From: Planctomycetota bacterium
GTDB lineage: Bacteria > Planctomycetota > UBA1135 > UBA2386
Direction: 5' to 3'
Length of the DNA stretch: 64,000 nt
Assembly (NCBI GenBank): GCA_965250175.1
Contig: CBDFNI010000009.1
Location: 728,155-792,154 of the forward strand
In this document: positions 1 through 8,305 of the stretch, piece after piece
Numbering within the stretch: the first letter of the stretch is position 1
Layout of the letters: each line of letters opens with the position of its first letter
The notes under the pieces: generated by a model
Database searches by the model: none
What the model was told of the DNA's origin: nothing
What the model saw: only the letters and a program-made list of their open reading frames with translations
Made by a program: the position numbers and the translations under genes

Positions 1-775
1 TGGGATGCAGCAGCACCCAGAGTTTGACGCCCTGTGCCTTCAGCTTGTCCCGTAGTTGGCGCAGACCTTGCTGCACCAGCTTGCTGGCCTCGTCATGCTC
101 CATGGCCATCCAGTTCTGCAAACGCCACTTGAACAGCAAGCGATAGAGGTGGCTGTAGCGGAATAAGCGTGCCCGCATCTGCAGGGGTTCGCGCCCTGGA
201 GCATGCATGGTGAAGAAGCCGTCGTCGGTGAAAAACCCCGCCGGGGTAATGCCGAAGTCATTGTTGTGCAGAGTCAGGATCACGTGGTCCGGCTCACTTT
301 CTTGCAGGTAGCGCTCATAGTAGATCGCCTCTTGCAGGGTGTTGTAGGACTCCACCCCGCCATTCCACCACTGCATCCCCGCATCCTTGAACTCGGCTTG
401 GATGGCATTGCAAATCTTGGCACGGGAAGTCACCGAGTCGCCCACGAACAACACCTTGGCCGGCGTCTTGTTGCTCTTGCTGGCCGCCAGGTTCTCCGCC
501 CGCTGTTTACGGTTGGGGCGATGGCGGCCAAATTCGTCCCAGCGTCGACCGTCCAGGTTCGGATGGAAGCCCAGCTCAGCATCCGCCACGAAGCCCGGCT
601 TCTTCGACTCCTGGTTTTCCAGCCAGACGGTGATGTCCGCCCCCATCAGCATGGAGGACTGGTGGGCGAAGCCGCGCAGGCAGATCTCGCCCATGAGCAG
701 TGCCACCAGGATGGCAAAGGTGAGCAGCAGGATCCGGGCGATCCAGGAGCGGGCTTTATGATTCGAAGCGGCCAT
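1..775 (-). CDS. SGNH/GDSL-like hydrolase, N-terminally membrane-anchored (3' end runs off the window)
   Basis: Absent from the ORF track because it has no stop in-window. Reverse-strand translation from the ATG at 775 gives MAASNHKARSWIARILLLTFAILVALL (TM helix), then KVLFVGDSVTS (GDS block of SGNH hydrolases), and stays open to position 1. The + strand ORFs 203..817 and 387..761 are its shadows. Confidence 0.6.
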   Translation of the reverse strand, partial: MAASNHKARSWIARILLLTFAILVALLMGEICLRGFAHQSSMLMGADITVWLENQESKKPGFVADAELGFHPNLDGRRWDEFGRHRPNRKQRAENLAASKSNKTPAKVLFVGDSVTSRAKICNAIQAEFKDAGMQWWNGGVESYNTLQEAIYYERYLQESEPDHVILTLHNNDFGITPAGFFTDDGFFTMHAPGREPLQMRARLFRYSHLYRLLFKWRLQNWMAMEHDEASKLVQQGLRQLRDKLKAQGVKLWVLLHP

Positions 776-864
776 GCAGCGCAAAAGCTACGACCCCAGG
801 CTGCCCCAGTCCAGTAGGCGCAGGGAGTTGCGTCACCGCAGTGGAAAGGGGTGGGAAGATTCGC

Positions 865-1200
865 CTAGTAGGGCGAATCCAGCATTTCCCAGATGACTTC
901 TTCCACATCCGGCTGCACCGCTCCCATGAGCCGCTTCACCGGTTCGCCGCCTTCCACCACATGCTGGACGATGTCGGGAAGGTCGGTCTCCTTCACATGG
1001 CTGTAGAAAACCTTGTCAGGGAAAAGGGTGATGTTGATGCCGCTTTCGCAGCCACCAAAGCAGGGATAGCGCCGCACCCGGATCTTTTCTTCCTCCGGGT
1101 CAAGCTCCGTCATGGTCTCCTTGATCTTGTCGAACAGATCGCCAGAGCCCCGCTCAGTGCAGTCACCACCTTCGCACACATAGAGAAGACGTTGGGTCAT
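865..1200 (-). CDS. thioredoxin-like [2Fe-2S] ferredoxin (NuoE-type cysteine spacing)
   Basis: 111 aa with cysteines arranged C9-x4-C14-x31-C46-x3-C50 (YVCEGGDCTE ... YPCFGGCESG). It starts 22 nt downstream of the boxB stop on the same strand. Confidence 0.75.
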   Translation of the reverse strand: MTQRLLYVCEGGDCTERGSGDLFDKIKETMTELDPEEEKIRVRRYPCFGGCESGINITLFPDKVFYSHVKETDLPDIVQHVVEGGEPVKRLMGAVQPDVEEVIWEMLDSPY

Positions 1201-1221
1201 TTCCGGTTTCTATTGAGTGGT

Positions 1222-2634
1222 CTAGTGGAACTTGACGTATTCAAAATCAAGAGGTTGCTCATTGATGCCGCGTTGCGGTGGCGCGATCCATGCAGCGATC
1301 TTGCCCCGTTCATGCACTGGCTTCATGCAGGAGTTCACGTAATCCCGATCCTCATCGGTGGGCAGCCAATCCTTTACGCCCTGGGCGAATTGCTCGGCAG
1401 AGATGAGTTCGCCACTGGGTGAGAACTTGTGCTGCGAGTAGATGCCCTGGTTGCGGTTGAACTTCTTGTCCGGCAGGCTGACTTCGGCGTCCACGCCTTG
1501 TGTCTTCAGGTCCCGGTTCCAACGCGCGACGATGCGCTTGCAGTCGGCGATGTAGGCATCCAGCAGCAGACCATTCATGGCGCGACGCAGGGGGATTTCC
1601 TTCTCGGTCATGTGGTTGCCTTCCGGCACGCTTACCTTGTAGGACTGTTCCAGTGCCTTGGGATCCTTGTAGATGCCATCGCCTTCGCGGTAGCGACCCT
1701 TCAGGCCCGAGGCGAAGTACTCCGCCGCATTGGTGGAGTCTTCCCCGCCGAACAGATCCATGCTGACCGAAGCCCAGTAGTTGATGTACTTCTGCATGAT
1801 CTCCAGCGGGATGGCGCCGTGATCCCTGGGTGACTTGCCATCCTTCATCAGCTCCGCAGCGCGGTGGATGATGCGGCCGACGCCGTTCTCCCCGGTCTGC
1901 ATGTGGTAGGCCTCTTCGGTGAGCATGAACTGGGTGGTTCGAGCCAGAGGGTCAAAACCGCTCTCGGCCAAGGAAGCCAGCTGATACTTGCCGTCCCGAT
2001 CGGTGAAGGTGGTGAAGCAGAAGAAGTCCACCCAGGTGTCGATGGGGTTGTTGAAGGCTTGCAGGATACGCGGGTGGTCTTCGTTGCCGCTGCGCCGCTC
2101 CAACAGGCCTTCCGCCTCGTCCCGTCCGTCCGCACCGAAGAAGGTGTGCAACAGGTAGACCATGGCCCACAGGTGCCGCCCTTCTTCCACGTTCACCTGG
2201 AACAGGCTCCGCATGTCGTAGAGCGAGGGGGCGGTGTGGGCCAGCAGGCGTTGCTGTTCCACCGAAGCCGGCTCCGTGTCGCCCTGGGTCACAATCAAGC
2301 GACGCATGCGGTTGCGGAATTCACCGGGCACTTCATCCCAGACCGGTTGGCCGATCATGTCGCCGAAGTGGATCTTGCGATTCTCGTTGCCTTCTGCCAG
2401 GAAGATACCCCAACGGTAGTCAGGCATCTTCACGTAGTCGAAGTGCGCCCAACCGCCCTTGCCCACGCCCACTGCCGTGCGCAGGTAGATGTCGTGCATG
2501 TTGAACTCCGACGGGCCCATTTCGTGCCACCATTCCAGGAACTTGGGCTGCCACTTCTCCAGTGCCCGCAGCAGCCGCTTGTTGTCTTTCAGGTTGACGT
2601 TGTTGGGGATTTTTGCGTCTAGGTCGATACTCAT
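1222..2634 (-). CDS. boxB: benzoyl-CoA 2,3-epoxidase (oxygenase) component B
   Basis: 470 aa. The N-terminus KIPNNVNL..LLRALEKWQPKFLEWWHEMGP and di-iron-type EEGRH / EEAYH motifs are as remembered for BoxB. Its start overlaps the boxC stop by 4 nt. Confidence 0.85.
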   Translation of the reverse strand: MSIDLDAKIPNNVNLKDNKRLLRALEKWQPKFLEWWHEMGPSEFNMHDIYLRTAVGVGKGGWAHFDYVKMPDYRWGIFLAEGNENRKIHFGDMIGQPVWDEVPGEFRNRMRRLIVTQGDTEPASVEQQRLLAHTAPSLYDMRSLFQVNVEEGRHLWAMVYLLHTFFGADGRDEAEGLLERRSGNEDHPRILQAFNNPIDTWVDFFCFTTFTDRDGKYQLASLAESGFDPLARTTQFMLTEEAYHMQTGENGVGRIIHRAAELMKDGKSPRDHGAIPLEIMQKYINYWASVSMDLFGGEDSTNAAEYFASGLKGRYREGDGIYKDPKALEQSYKVSVPEGNHMTEKEIPLRRAMNGLLLDAYIADCKRIVARWNRDLKTQGVDAEVSLPDKKFNRNQGIYSQHKFSPSGELISAEQFAQGVKDWLPTDEDRDYVNSCMKPVHERGKIAAWIAPPQRGINEQPLDFEYVKFH

Positions 2635-4265
2635 GTTCTTCTCCAGTCAAAGCGGGCTTGTTCGGGTTGGCCGTAACGCGTCAGTGCACCTTCTGCCCCG
2701 GTGGCATTGGGGCGGATGAAGATCCAGTTCTGCCAGGCACTCAGGCGGCCAAAGATTTTCGAATCGCAGGTTTCAGCGCCGGCGAAGCGCAGCGAGGCTT
2801 CCATGCCGGTCAATGAGTCAGGTGACAAGGATACCCGTTCTTCGATGGCGATGCGCACATCGTCATCCCAGTCCAGGTCATCAATGAGCACGGTCACCAG
2901 TCCCAGCTCATCCGCCTCTTCCGCTTCCACGCGTGGTTGCTCCTTTGCAAGCTTGGCCGCGTGTTGCGGCTTGGCCAGGAAGTGACTCTGCAGGCGGGTG
3001 AGGCCGTTGGGCATGGGTAGCTCACCGTCGCAGAGAGGGCTGATGGCCATCTCCACCTTGTGATCGGGATCGTCCAGCATGTAGATGCGATCACCGCCCA
3101 GGGCCATCTCCATGAAGGAGCCGGCAAAGCAGGAGTCCCGCTCCACCAGGGCAAACAAGCTACGAGCGGAGAGTTCATAGCGGCGCAGGGTCTGCGCCAT
3201 CAGCTGGATGACCTCGTTCACCAACCAGTGCTCCTTGTTGGCCAGCAGGTTCTTCTCTACCTGCAGGATGGCGTCCAGGTCGCCGCTGGTCTTCAGCAGG
3301 ATGAGACCCAGCTCGTCGTGCTCGAAGCGCAGGTGACACAGGGCATCGCTGAGTTCCCGGAAGCAGCGAATGGCCCAGGCCTTATCGCCAGCCTGCACAT
3401 ACTCCTCGCCGGTTTTCGGCTGCGCTGTGGCGGGCGCCCGCATGGTCAGGGTGACGGTGCGGTCTTTGGGGGAGAGCTGCGCGTTCACGTATTCGTATTC
3501 GTAGCTCAGGCCGTCCTTGCTGATGTTTGGCTTGATGGGGCTGAGGCTGATGCCCTTCTCTCCCTTGTTGGGCAGGCTGTCCGCCAGTTCTTGCATCCGC
3601 GCCTGCACGCCTTCCACGAACTTGCTCTTGGGGAAGCTGCCATCAATGAGGTTCCAGGCCTTGGCCTTCTTCGCCTTGGCGCCTTCTTCCAGAGTGGAAA
3701 ACAGGTCCGCGTGGTCCCGGCGCACCATGCGCTTGTCCACCATGCGGGTGAGGCCGCCAGTGCCCGGTAGCACACCCAGCAGTGGCACTTCCGGCAGGGA
3801 GACGGCGCTGTTGCCATCTTCCACCAGATAGATTTCGTCGCAGGCCAGGGCCAACTCGTAGCCGCCGCCGGCGGTGGTGCCGTTCAGCGCCGCCACCCAT
3901 TTCAAATTGGAGTGGGCCGAGCTGTCCTCGATGGAGCAGCGGGTTTCGTTGGTGTACTTGCAGAAGTTCACCTTGAAGGGATGGCTGGAGGCGCCCAGCA
4001 TGCCGATGTTGGCGCCGGCGCAGAACACCCGGTCCAAAGCACTGCTCACCCGCACGACCTTCACTTCCGGATGCTCGAAACGCAGGCGTTGCACCACGTC
4101 CGCCAGTTCGATGTCCACGCTCAGGTCATAGGAGTTGAGCTTCAGCTCATAGCCGTCGGCGAAGGGGTGATCCGGGTGCACCGCCATGTCCAGGTAGGCG
4201 ATGGGGCCCTCGGTCCTGAGGGTCCAATGCTTGTATTGGCTGGGGTGGGAATTGAAGTCAATCAT
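2631..4265 (-). CDS. boxC: 2,3-epoxybenzoyl-CoA dihydrolase (benzoyl-CoA-dihydrodiol lyase), crotonase superfamily
   Basis: 544 aa with a BoxC-like N-terminus (YKHWTLRTEGPIAYLDM ... KLNSYDLSVDIEL..RLRFEHPEVK ... FCAGANIGML). It sits immediately upstream of boxB. Confidence 0.85.
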   Translation of the reverse strand: MIDFNSHPSQYKHWTLRTEGPIAYLDMAVHPDHPFADGYELKLNSYDLSVDIELADVVQRLRFEHPEVKVVRVSSALDRVFCAGANIGMLGASSHPFKVNFCKYTNETRCSIEDSSAHSNLKWVAALNGTTAGGGYELALACDEIYLVEDGNSAVSLPEVPLLGVLPGTGGLTRMVDKRMVRRDHADLFSTLEEGAKAKKAKAWNLIDGSFPKSKFVEGVQARMQELADSLPNKGEKGISLSPIKPNISKDGLSYEYEYVNAQLSPKDRTVTLTMRAPATAQPKTGEEYVQAGDKAWAIRCFRELSDALCHLRFEHDELGLILLKTSGDLDAILQVEKNLLANKEHWLVNEVIQLMAQTLRRYELSARSLFALVERDSCFAGSFMEMALGGDRIYMLDDPDHKVEMAISPLCDGELPMPNGLTRLQSHFLAKPQHAAKLAKEQPRVEAEEADELGLVTVLIDDLDWDDDVRIAIEERVSLSPDSLTGMEASLRFAGAETCDSKIFGRLSAWQNWIFIRPNATGAEGALTRYGQPEQARFDWRRT

Positions 4266-4365
4266 GGTGGGCGAGCGGTGGCCAGAATGAAGGGTTTTGG
4301 GCTGTGAGGTGCCGTAAGGGGATGAGTTCTATAGCTTGCTGGATCTGGGTCAACAAGCAGAATAC

Positions 4366-4415
4366 AGCATATTGCACCTTGCAAATCTGCGGGAAACGGC
4401 AATATAGTGCAAATT
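4366..4415. promoter_or_regulatory. candidate BoxR/BzdR operator region (three TGCA cores) in the boxC/boxR divergent promoter
   Basis: TGCA occurs at 4373-4376, 4380-4383 and 4408-4411 inside ATATTGCACCTTGCAAAT...ATATAGTGCAAAT. BzdR/BoxR operators in Azoarcus are described as TGCA-containing repeats. Confidence 0.3.
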
Positions 4416-5213
4416 ATGAACCGGAAGGAAGCACTGCTTCACAACCTGGGCCAGACCGTCCGGGACCTGCGCAAGGAACTGGGTTACACCCGACGGCAGC
4501 TTGCTGGCCGTAGCGGCATCTCCGAGCGCTTCCTGGCGGAGATTGAGAGTGGCCGCGCCAACCCTTCCCTGCTGCGCACCCTGGAACTGGCGGATGGTCT
4601 GGGCACCACGCCCGAAGGTTTGTTGCGGGGAATCAGCAACGGCCATGTGCCCTCGGGCGACCGGCATCAGGAGAAATCCGGCATCGTTGCTCTGCTGGGT
4701 TTGCGCGGAGCGGGCAAGAGCACGGTGGGGGCGGATCTGGCCAAGCGCCTGGGGCGAGAATTTGTGGAATTGGATGCCTGCATTGAGCAGGAAGTGGGGC
4801 TCAGCCTGGGCGAGATTTTTGAAGTGCACGGCGAGATTTTCTACCGCCGCACCGAGCGGCGGGTGTTGGAGGCTTTGATTGCCCAAGGCAATCCCATGGT
4901 GTTGGCCACCGGCGGCGGCCTGGTCACCGAGCGCTCCACCTTCGACCTGATCCGCCTGAGTTCCTACACCGTCTGGTTGCACGCCGAGGCCCAAGACCAT
5001 TGGGTGCGGGTGGTATCGCAGGGCGATACCCGTCCCATGGGCGATGACGACCAGGCCTTCACCCATCTCTGCGACATCCTGGGTGAGCGGGAGAAGCTCT
5101 ACCAGCAAGCGGAGGTGACCATCCACACTTCCGGCAAGACGGTAGAAGAAGTCACCGAAGAGCTGCTGTTTCGCTTCAGCTTTCTTTCCAGCGCCAAAGC
5201 CAGCGGGACTTAG
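4416..5213 (+). CDS. boxR: BoxR/BzdR-type regulator: XRE HTH fused to a shikimate-kinase-like domain
   Basis: N-terminal HTH (LGYTRRQLAGRSGISERFLAEIESG) plus a P-loop kinase-like domain (LLGLRGAGKSTVG). It is divergent from boxCB. The ORF-track start at 4407 is GTG; the ATG at 4416 is preferred. Confidence 0.8.
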   Translation: MNRKEALLHNLGQTVRDLRKELGYTRRQLAGRSGISERFLAEIESGRANPSLLRTLELADGLGTTPEGLLRGISNGHVPSGDRHQEKSGIVALLGLRGAGKSTVGADLAKRLGREFVELDACIEQEVGLSLGEIFEVHGEIFYRRTERRVLEALIAQGNPMVLATGGGLVTERSTFDLIRLSSYTVWLHAEAQDHWVRVVSQGDTRPMGDDDQAFTHLCDILGEREKLYQQAEVTIHTSGKTVEEVTEELLFRFSFLSSAKASGT

Positions 5214-5217
5214 TTCC

Positions 5218-6408
5218 CTAGTCTGGCAAGAGGCTTGCCAGGTGGGCGCCGATGCTCAAGGAAGCCGTCGCCGCCGGGGAAGGTGCGTTGCACACATGGA
5301 TGATGCGGCCCTTCTGTTGGATGGAAAAGTCATCCAGCATCTTGCCATCCCGGGAGATGGCCTGGGCGCGCACGCCGGCCGGCGCTGGTTCCAGGTGTGA
5401 GCTCTCTACTTCCGGGATCAGCCGTTGCAGTGCCCGCACAAAAGCACCCTTGTTGAAGGAGCGCCACATCTCGCCACAGCCCATGCGCCAGTACTTGGCC
5501 GCCAGGCGCAGGAAGCCCGGATAGCACAGGGTGCCCAACAGCTCCGGCAGGTGCACATTGCTCTTGCGGTAACCCTCCCGCGCCAGGGCCAACACCGCGT
5601 TGGGGCCTGCCTCGGTTTCGCCGTTGATCATGCGGGTGAAGTGCACGCCCAAAAACGGAAAGGCCGGATCCGGCACCGGGTAGATCAGGTTCTTGCATAG
5701 GCGCGGGGCATTGGCCTTGAACTTGTAGTATTCGCCGCGGAAGGGGACGATGCGCAGGTCAAGGTCAGGCACCGTGTGCCGGGCCACGCGGTCGGAATAG
5801 AGACCGGCGCAATTGATCATCTGCTTGGCCTGCACTGTGCCGTCTGAGGTTTCCAGCACCACGCCGTCACTGTCTTCGCGAATGCCCCGCACCTTGCAGC
5901 CCGTCAGGATCTTGCCGCCCGCCTCGCCAATGCTCTTGGCCAGGGCTTGCACTACGGCGGGATAATCCACGATGCCCGCCTCCGTCACATGGATGGCTTG
6001 GATGCCGGCGCAGTGGGGTTCCAGTTCCCGCAACTGGTCCCTGTCCAACAGGCTGCAGGCAACTCCATTGGCCTTGCCCCGTTCATACAGGTCCTGCATC
6101 CGCAGCAGTTCGGAATTCTGGGTGGCGACGATGACCTTGCCGCAGACTTCAAAGGGGATGGCGTGTTGGGCGCAGAATTCCTGCATGGCCAACTTGCCCG
6201 CAATGCAGTTCTTGGCCTTTTGCGAACCGGGCTTGTAGTAGATGCCCGTGTGTAAGACGCCGGAGTTGTGACCGGTCTGGTGTTGGCCCAGGCTCGGTTC
6301 CTTCTCCAATACAGTGATTCTGCAATCGGGCCTTGCGCGCTGCACCTGATAGGCGGTGGCCAGGCCAACAATGCCGCCGCCGATGATGGCCAGATCACAT
6401 TGGGTCAT
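5218..6408 (-). CDS. lhgO: L-2-hydroxyglutarate oxidase/dehydrogenase (FAD-dependent, DAO family)
   Basis: DLAIIGGGIVGLA dinucleotide fold, HQTGHNSGVLHTGIYYKPGS and C-terminal HVCNAPSPAATASL, typical of LhgO/YgaF. The start was moved to the ATG at 6408 (M21 of the track ORF). Confidence 0.8.
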   Translation of the reverse strand: MTQCDLAIIGGGIVGLATAYQVQRARPDCRITVLEKEPSLGQHQTGHNSGVLHTGIYYKPGSQKAKNCIAGKLAMQEFCAQHAIPFEVCGKVIVATQNSELLRMQDLYERGKANGVACSLLDRDQLRELEPHCAGIQAIHVTEAGIVDYPAVVQALAKSIGEAGGKILTGCKVRGIREDSDGVVLETSDGTVQAKQMINCAGLYSDRVARHTVPDLDLRIVPFRGEYYKFKANAPRLCKNLIYPVPDPAFPFLGVHFTRMINGETEAGPNAVLALAREGYRKSNVHLPELLGTLCYPGFLRLAAKYWRMGCGEMWRSFNKGAFVRALQRLIPEVESSHLEPAPAGVRAQAISRDGKMLDDFSIQQKGRIIHVCNAPSPAATASLSIGAHLASLLPD

Positions 6409-6409
6409 A

Positions 6410-7279
6410 TTAGAGTCCGCGGAAGTAGTCCGGGCGCAGGGCGATGTCCCCCGCCAGAGCCTGATCAATTGTATCCACTATGCCTTGCCGATCCCTGGGT
6501 AGTCGCCCACCAATGGCCAGGTAATTGGAAGCATGGTTGGTGCGGAACAGGCTATCCCTTGGTGCGGCTGCGGAAACAAAGATACGCAGTTCCTGCAACA
6601 GGGTCATGGCGTCGGGCAATTCGAACTTCCTTTTCTGCACCATGCGCGCCATGGGGGTGTCCGGGATCACGCTCAGGGTGAGGGCGGCCAGATACTCCGG
6701 ATTCATGGCGCTGGCCAACTCGGCGGAGGCGGCCGCATGTTCAGAGCTCCGCTCGGTGCCGCCGGCCCCCAGAAGGAAGATCACCGACATGGCCATGCCC
6801 GCAGCCTTGGCCTTTTGTGCGGCGGTCACATGCTCGGCAGCGGTGCTGCCCTTGGCGATGCGCTTCAGGGTCTGGTCATCCCCGGATTCCGGGCCGATGT
6901 AGAGCAGATCCAGGCCCTGCTTTTTCAGTTCTGCTAGCTCCGCCTCGCTTTTCTCCAGGATGTTGGAGGCCATGGCATAGCAGCTCACCCGGCGCAGGCT
7001 GGGGAAGGCCGCCTTCAGGGCCTGCAGGATCTGGGTCCAGGAGGCCAGATCCATGATCAGGGCGTCGCCGTCGGCCACGAAGACCTTCTCGTAGTGGGCA
7101 TGCGTCGAGCCCGCAAGTTCAATGTCCTCAAGCACTTGGGCCATATCCCGTTGGCGATACTGCTTTTCCCGATACATGTCGCAGTAGGTGCAGCGGTTCC
7201 AGGAGCAGCCGATGGTGGCCTGCAGGATGTAGGAGTTGGCCTCCGACGGTGGGCGGTAGATCTTGCCTTCGTAGCGCAC
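6410..7279 (-). CDS. radical SAM domain protein (variant CX4CX2C cluster motif)
   Basis: 289 aa with GCSWNRCTYCDMY near the N-terminus, YIGPESGDD (GGE-like) and an Elp3/MiaB-like layout. Its stop lies 1 nt before the lhgO ATG. Confidence 0.75.
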   Translation of the reverse strand: MRYEGKIYRPPSEANSYILQATIGCSWNRCTYCDMYREKQYRQRDMAQVLEDIELAGSTHAHYEKVFVADGDALIMDLASWTQILQALKAAFPSLRRVSCYAMASNILEKSEAELAELKKQGLDLLYIGPESGDDQTLKRIAKGSTAAEHVTAAQKAKAAGMAMSVIFLLGAGGTERSSEHAAASAELASAMNPEYLAALTLSVIPDTPMARMVQKRKFELPDAMTLLQELRIFVSAAAPRDSLFRTNHASNYLAIGGRLPRDRQGIVDTIDQALAGDIALRPDYFRGL

Positions 7280-7383
7280 TTGTTAAGGAGTGTAGGGAGC
7301 TGTGAGATTGGCGGAACAGCAGGGGAGTTTGGCCCCTGCCCGGGCCCCAAATCAAGAACCAAAGGCAGAGGGCTGGATATTCT

Positions 7384-7408
7384 GGAACGATCGGTCTAGT
7401 ATTCCGTG
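7384..7408 (+). promoter_or_regulatory. possible ECF-type promoter (GGAAC-N16-CGTG)
   Basis: GGAAC at 7384-7388 and CGTG at 7405-7408, about 60 nt upstream of the ECF sigma start. This resembles autoregulated ECF promoters (GGAAC-N16/17-CGT). Confidence 0.25.
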
Positions 7409-7467
7409 ATAGCCATGGCTTCGGGCAATCCCGGGCATGACTTCTCCCAGCAATAGGAAATAGAACG

Positions 7468-8067
7468 ATGCGCACCCTGATCACCAGCGAGACTGTCCTC
7501 TTGGCCCAAGCCGGCGATGAAACCGCCACCCGGCAACTCATTCGGGACCTGCACCAGCCCATGCTGGGTTTCATCTACCGCATTCTGGGGCCGCAGTATC
7601 GCGGCGAGATGGAGGACATCGCCCAGGATGTGATGCTCAAGGTGTTCCGTGCCCTGGATCGCTTCGATGTGGAACGCGGCGTCCTGTTCACCACCTGGGT
7701 GTTCACCTTTGTGCGTAACCACTGCCTGGATGTGCTGAAGAAGAAGAAGCTGAAGACGAGTTCGCTTTCTTCCAAGTTCGAAGAAGAAGGCCAATGGGAT
7801 CTGACGGACGAACGCGCCATGCAGCCCAGGCGGCAGGCTGAGCTCAACGAGTTTTCTGATGCGGTGGACACGGCTTTGCAGCAGATCGACGCGGGCAAGC
7901 GCCAGGTCTTTGTCATGCGCGAACAGCTGGGCATGGAATACGACGACATCGCCAAGCAGATTGGTGTGGCGGAAGGCACGGTGAAGTCAAGGTTGCACCG
8001 TGCACGCCTGGCCCTGCGGGAGATTCTGAGTGAATTCGATCCGCGGGTGGTTGCCGTGCCGGCTTAG
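7468..8067 (+). CDS. RNA polymerase sigma-70 family, ECF subfamily
   Basis: Region 2 (DIAQDVMLKVFRALDRFD...FTTWVFTFVRNHCLD) and region 4 (YDDIAKQIGVAEGTVKSRLHRARLALRE). No anti-sigma gene follows. Confidence 0.85.
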   Translation: MRTLITSETVLLAQAGDETATRQLIRDLHQPMLGFIYRILGPQYRGEMEDIAQDVMLKVFRALDRFDVERGVLFTTWVFTFVRNHCLDVLKKKKLKTSSLSSKFEEEGQWDLTDERAMQPRRQAELNEFSDAVDTALQQIDAGKRQVFVMREQLGMEYDDIAKQIGVAEGTVKSRLHRARLALREILSEFDPRVVAVPA

Positions 8068-8089
8068 GAACCTGGGCGTTATGAACTTG

Positions 8090-8124
8090 ACTGGGGTTGG
8101 TTTGCACCGACCCCAGTATTGTTT
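8090..8124 (+). terminator. possible intrinsic terminator after the ECF sigma gene
   Basis: ACTGGGGT (8090-8097) pairs with ACCCCAGT (8110-8117) around a 12-nt loop, followed by ATTGTTT. Confidence 0.35.
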
Positions 8125-8305
8125 AGCCCCCTTCCAAGAACCCAAGACACAGGCCTCCCCATTGCTGAAGGCCTCACACAGGAGGTTGGTTTGCTAATCC
8201 CTTTGCTAAAATGTCGCTACCAGCCATGCTTTAACAAAGACTTAAGCCTCTCTATTTCAGATACTTATGGATATTCCTGCTTGGCTCTAGAGCTAGTTCC
8301 TTTGC

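Noticed and set aside
203-817. 204-aa and 124-aa + strand ORFs at the left edge
   Set aside because: They are shadow ORFs of the reverse-strand SGNH-hydrolase gene. That gene has a clear start, a TM helix and a GDS motif. The + strand translations are low-complexity (Arg/Gly/Ala/His-rich) with no motifs.
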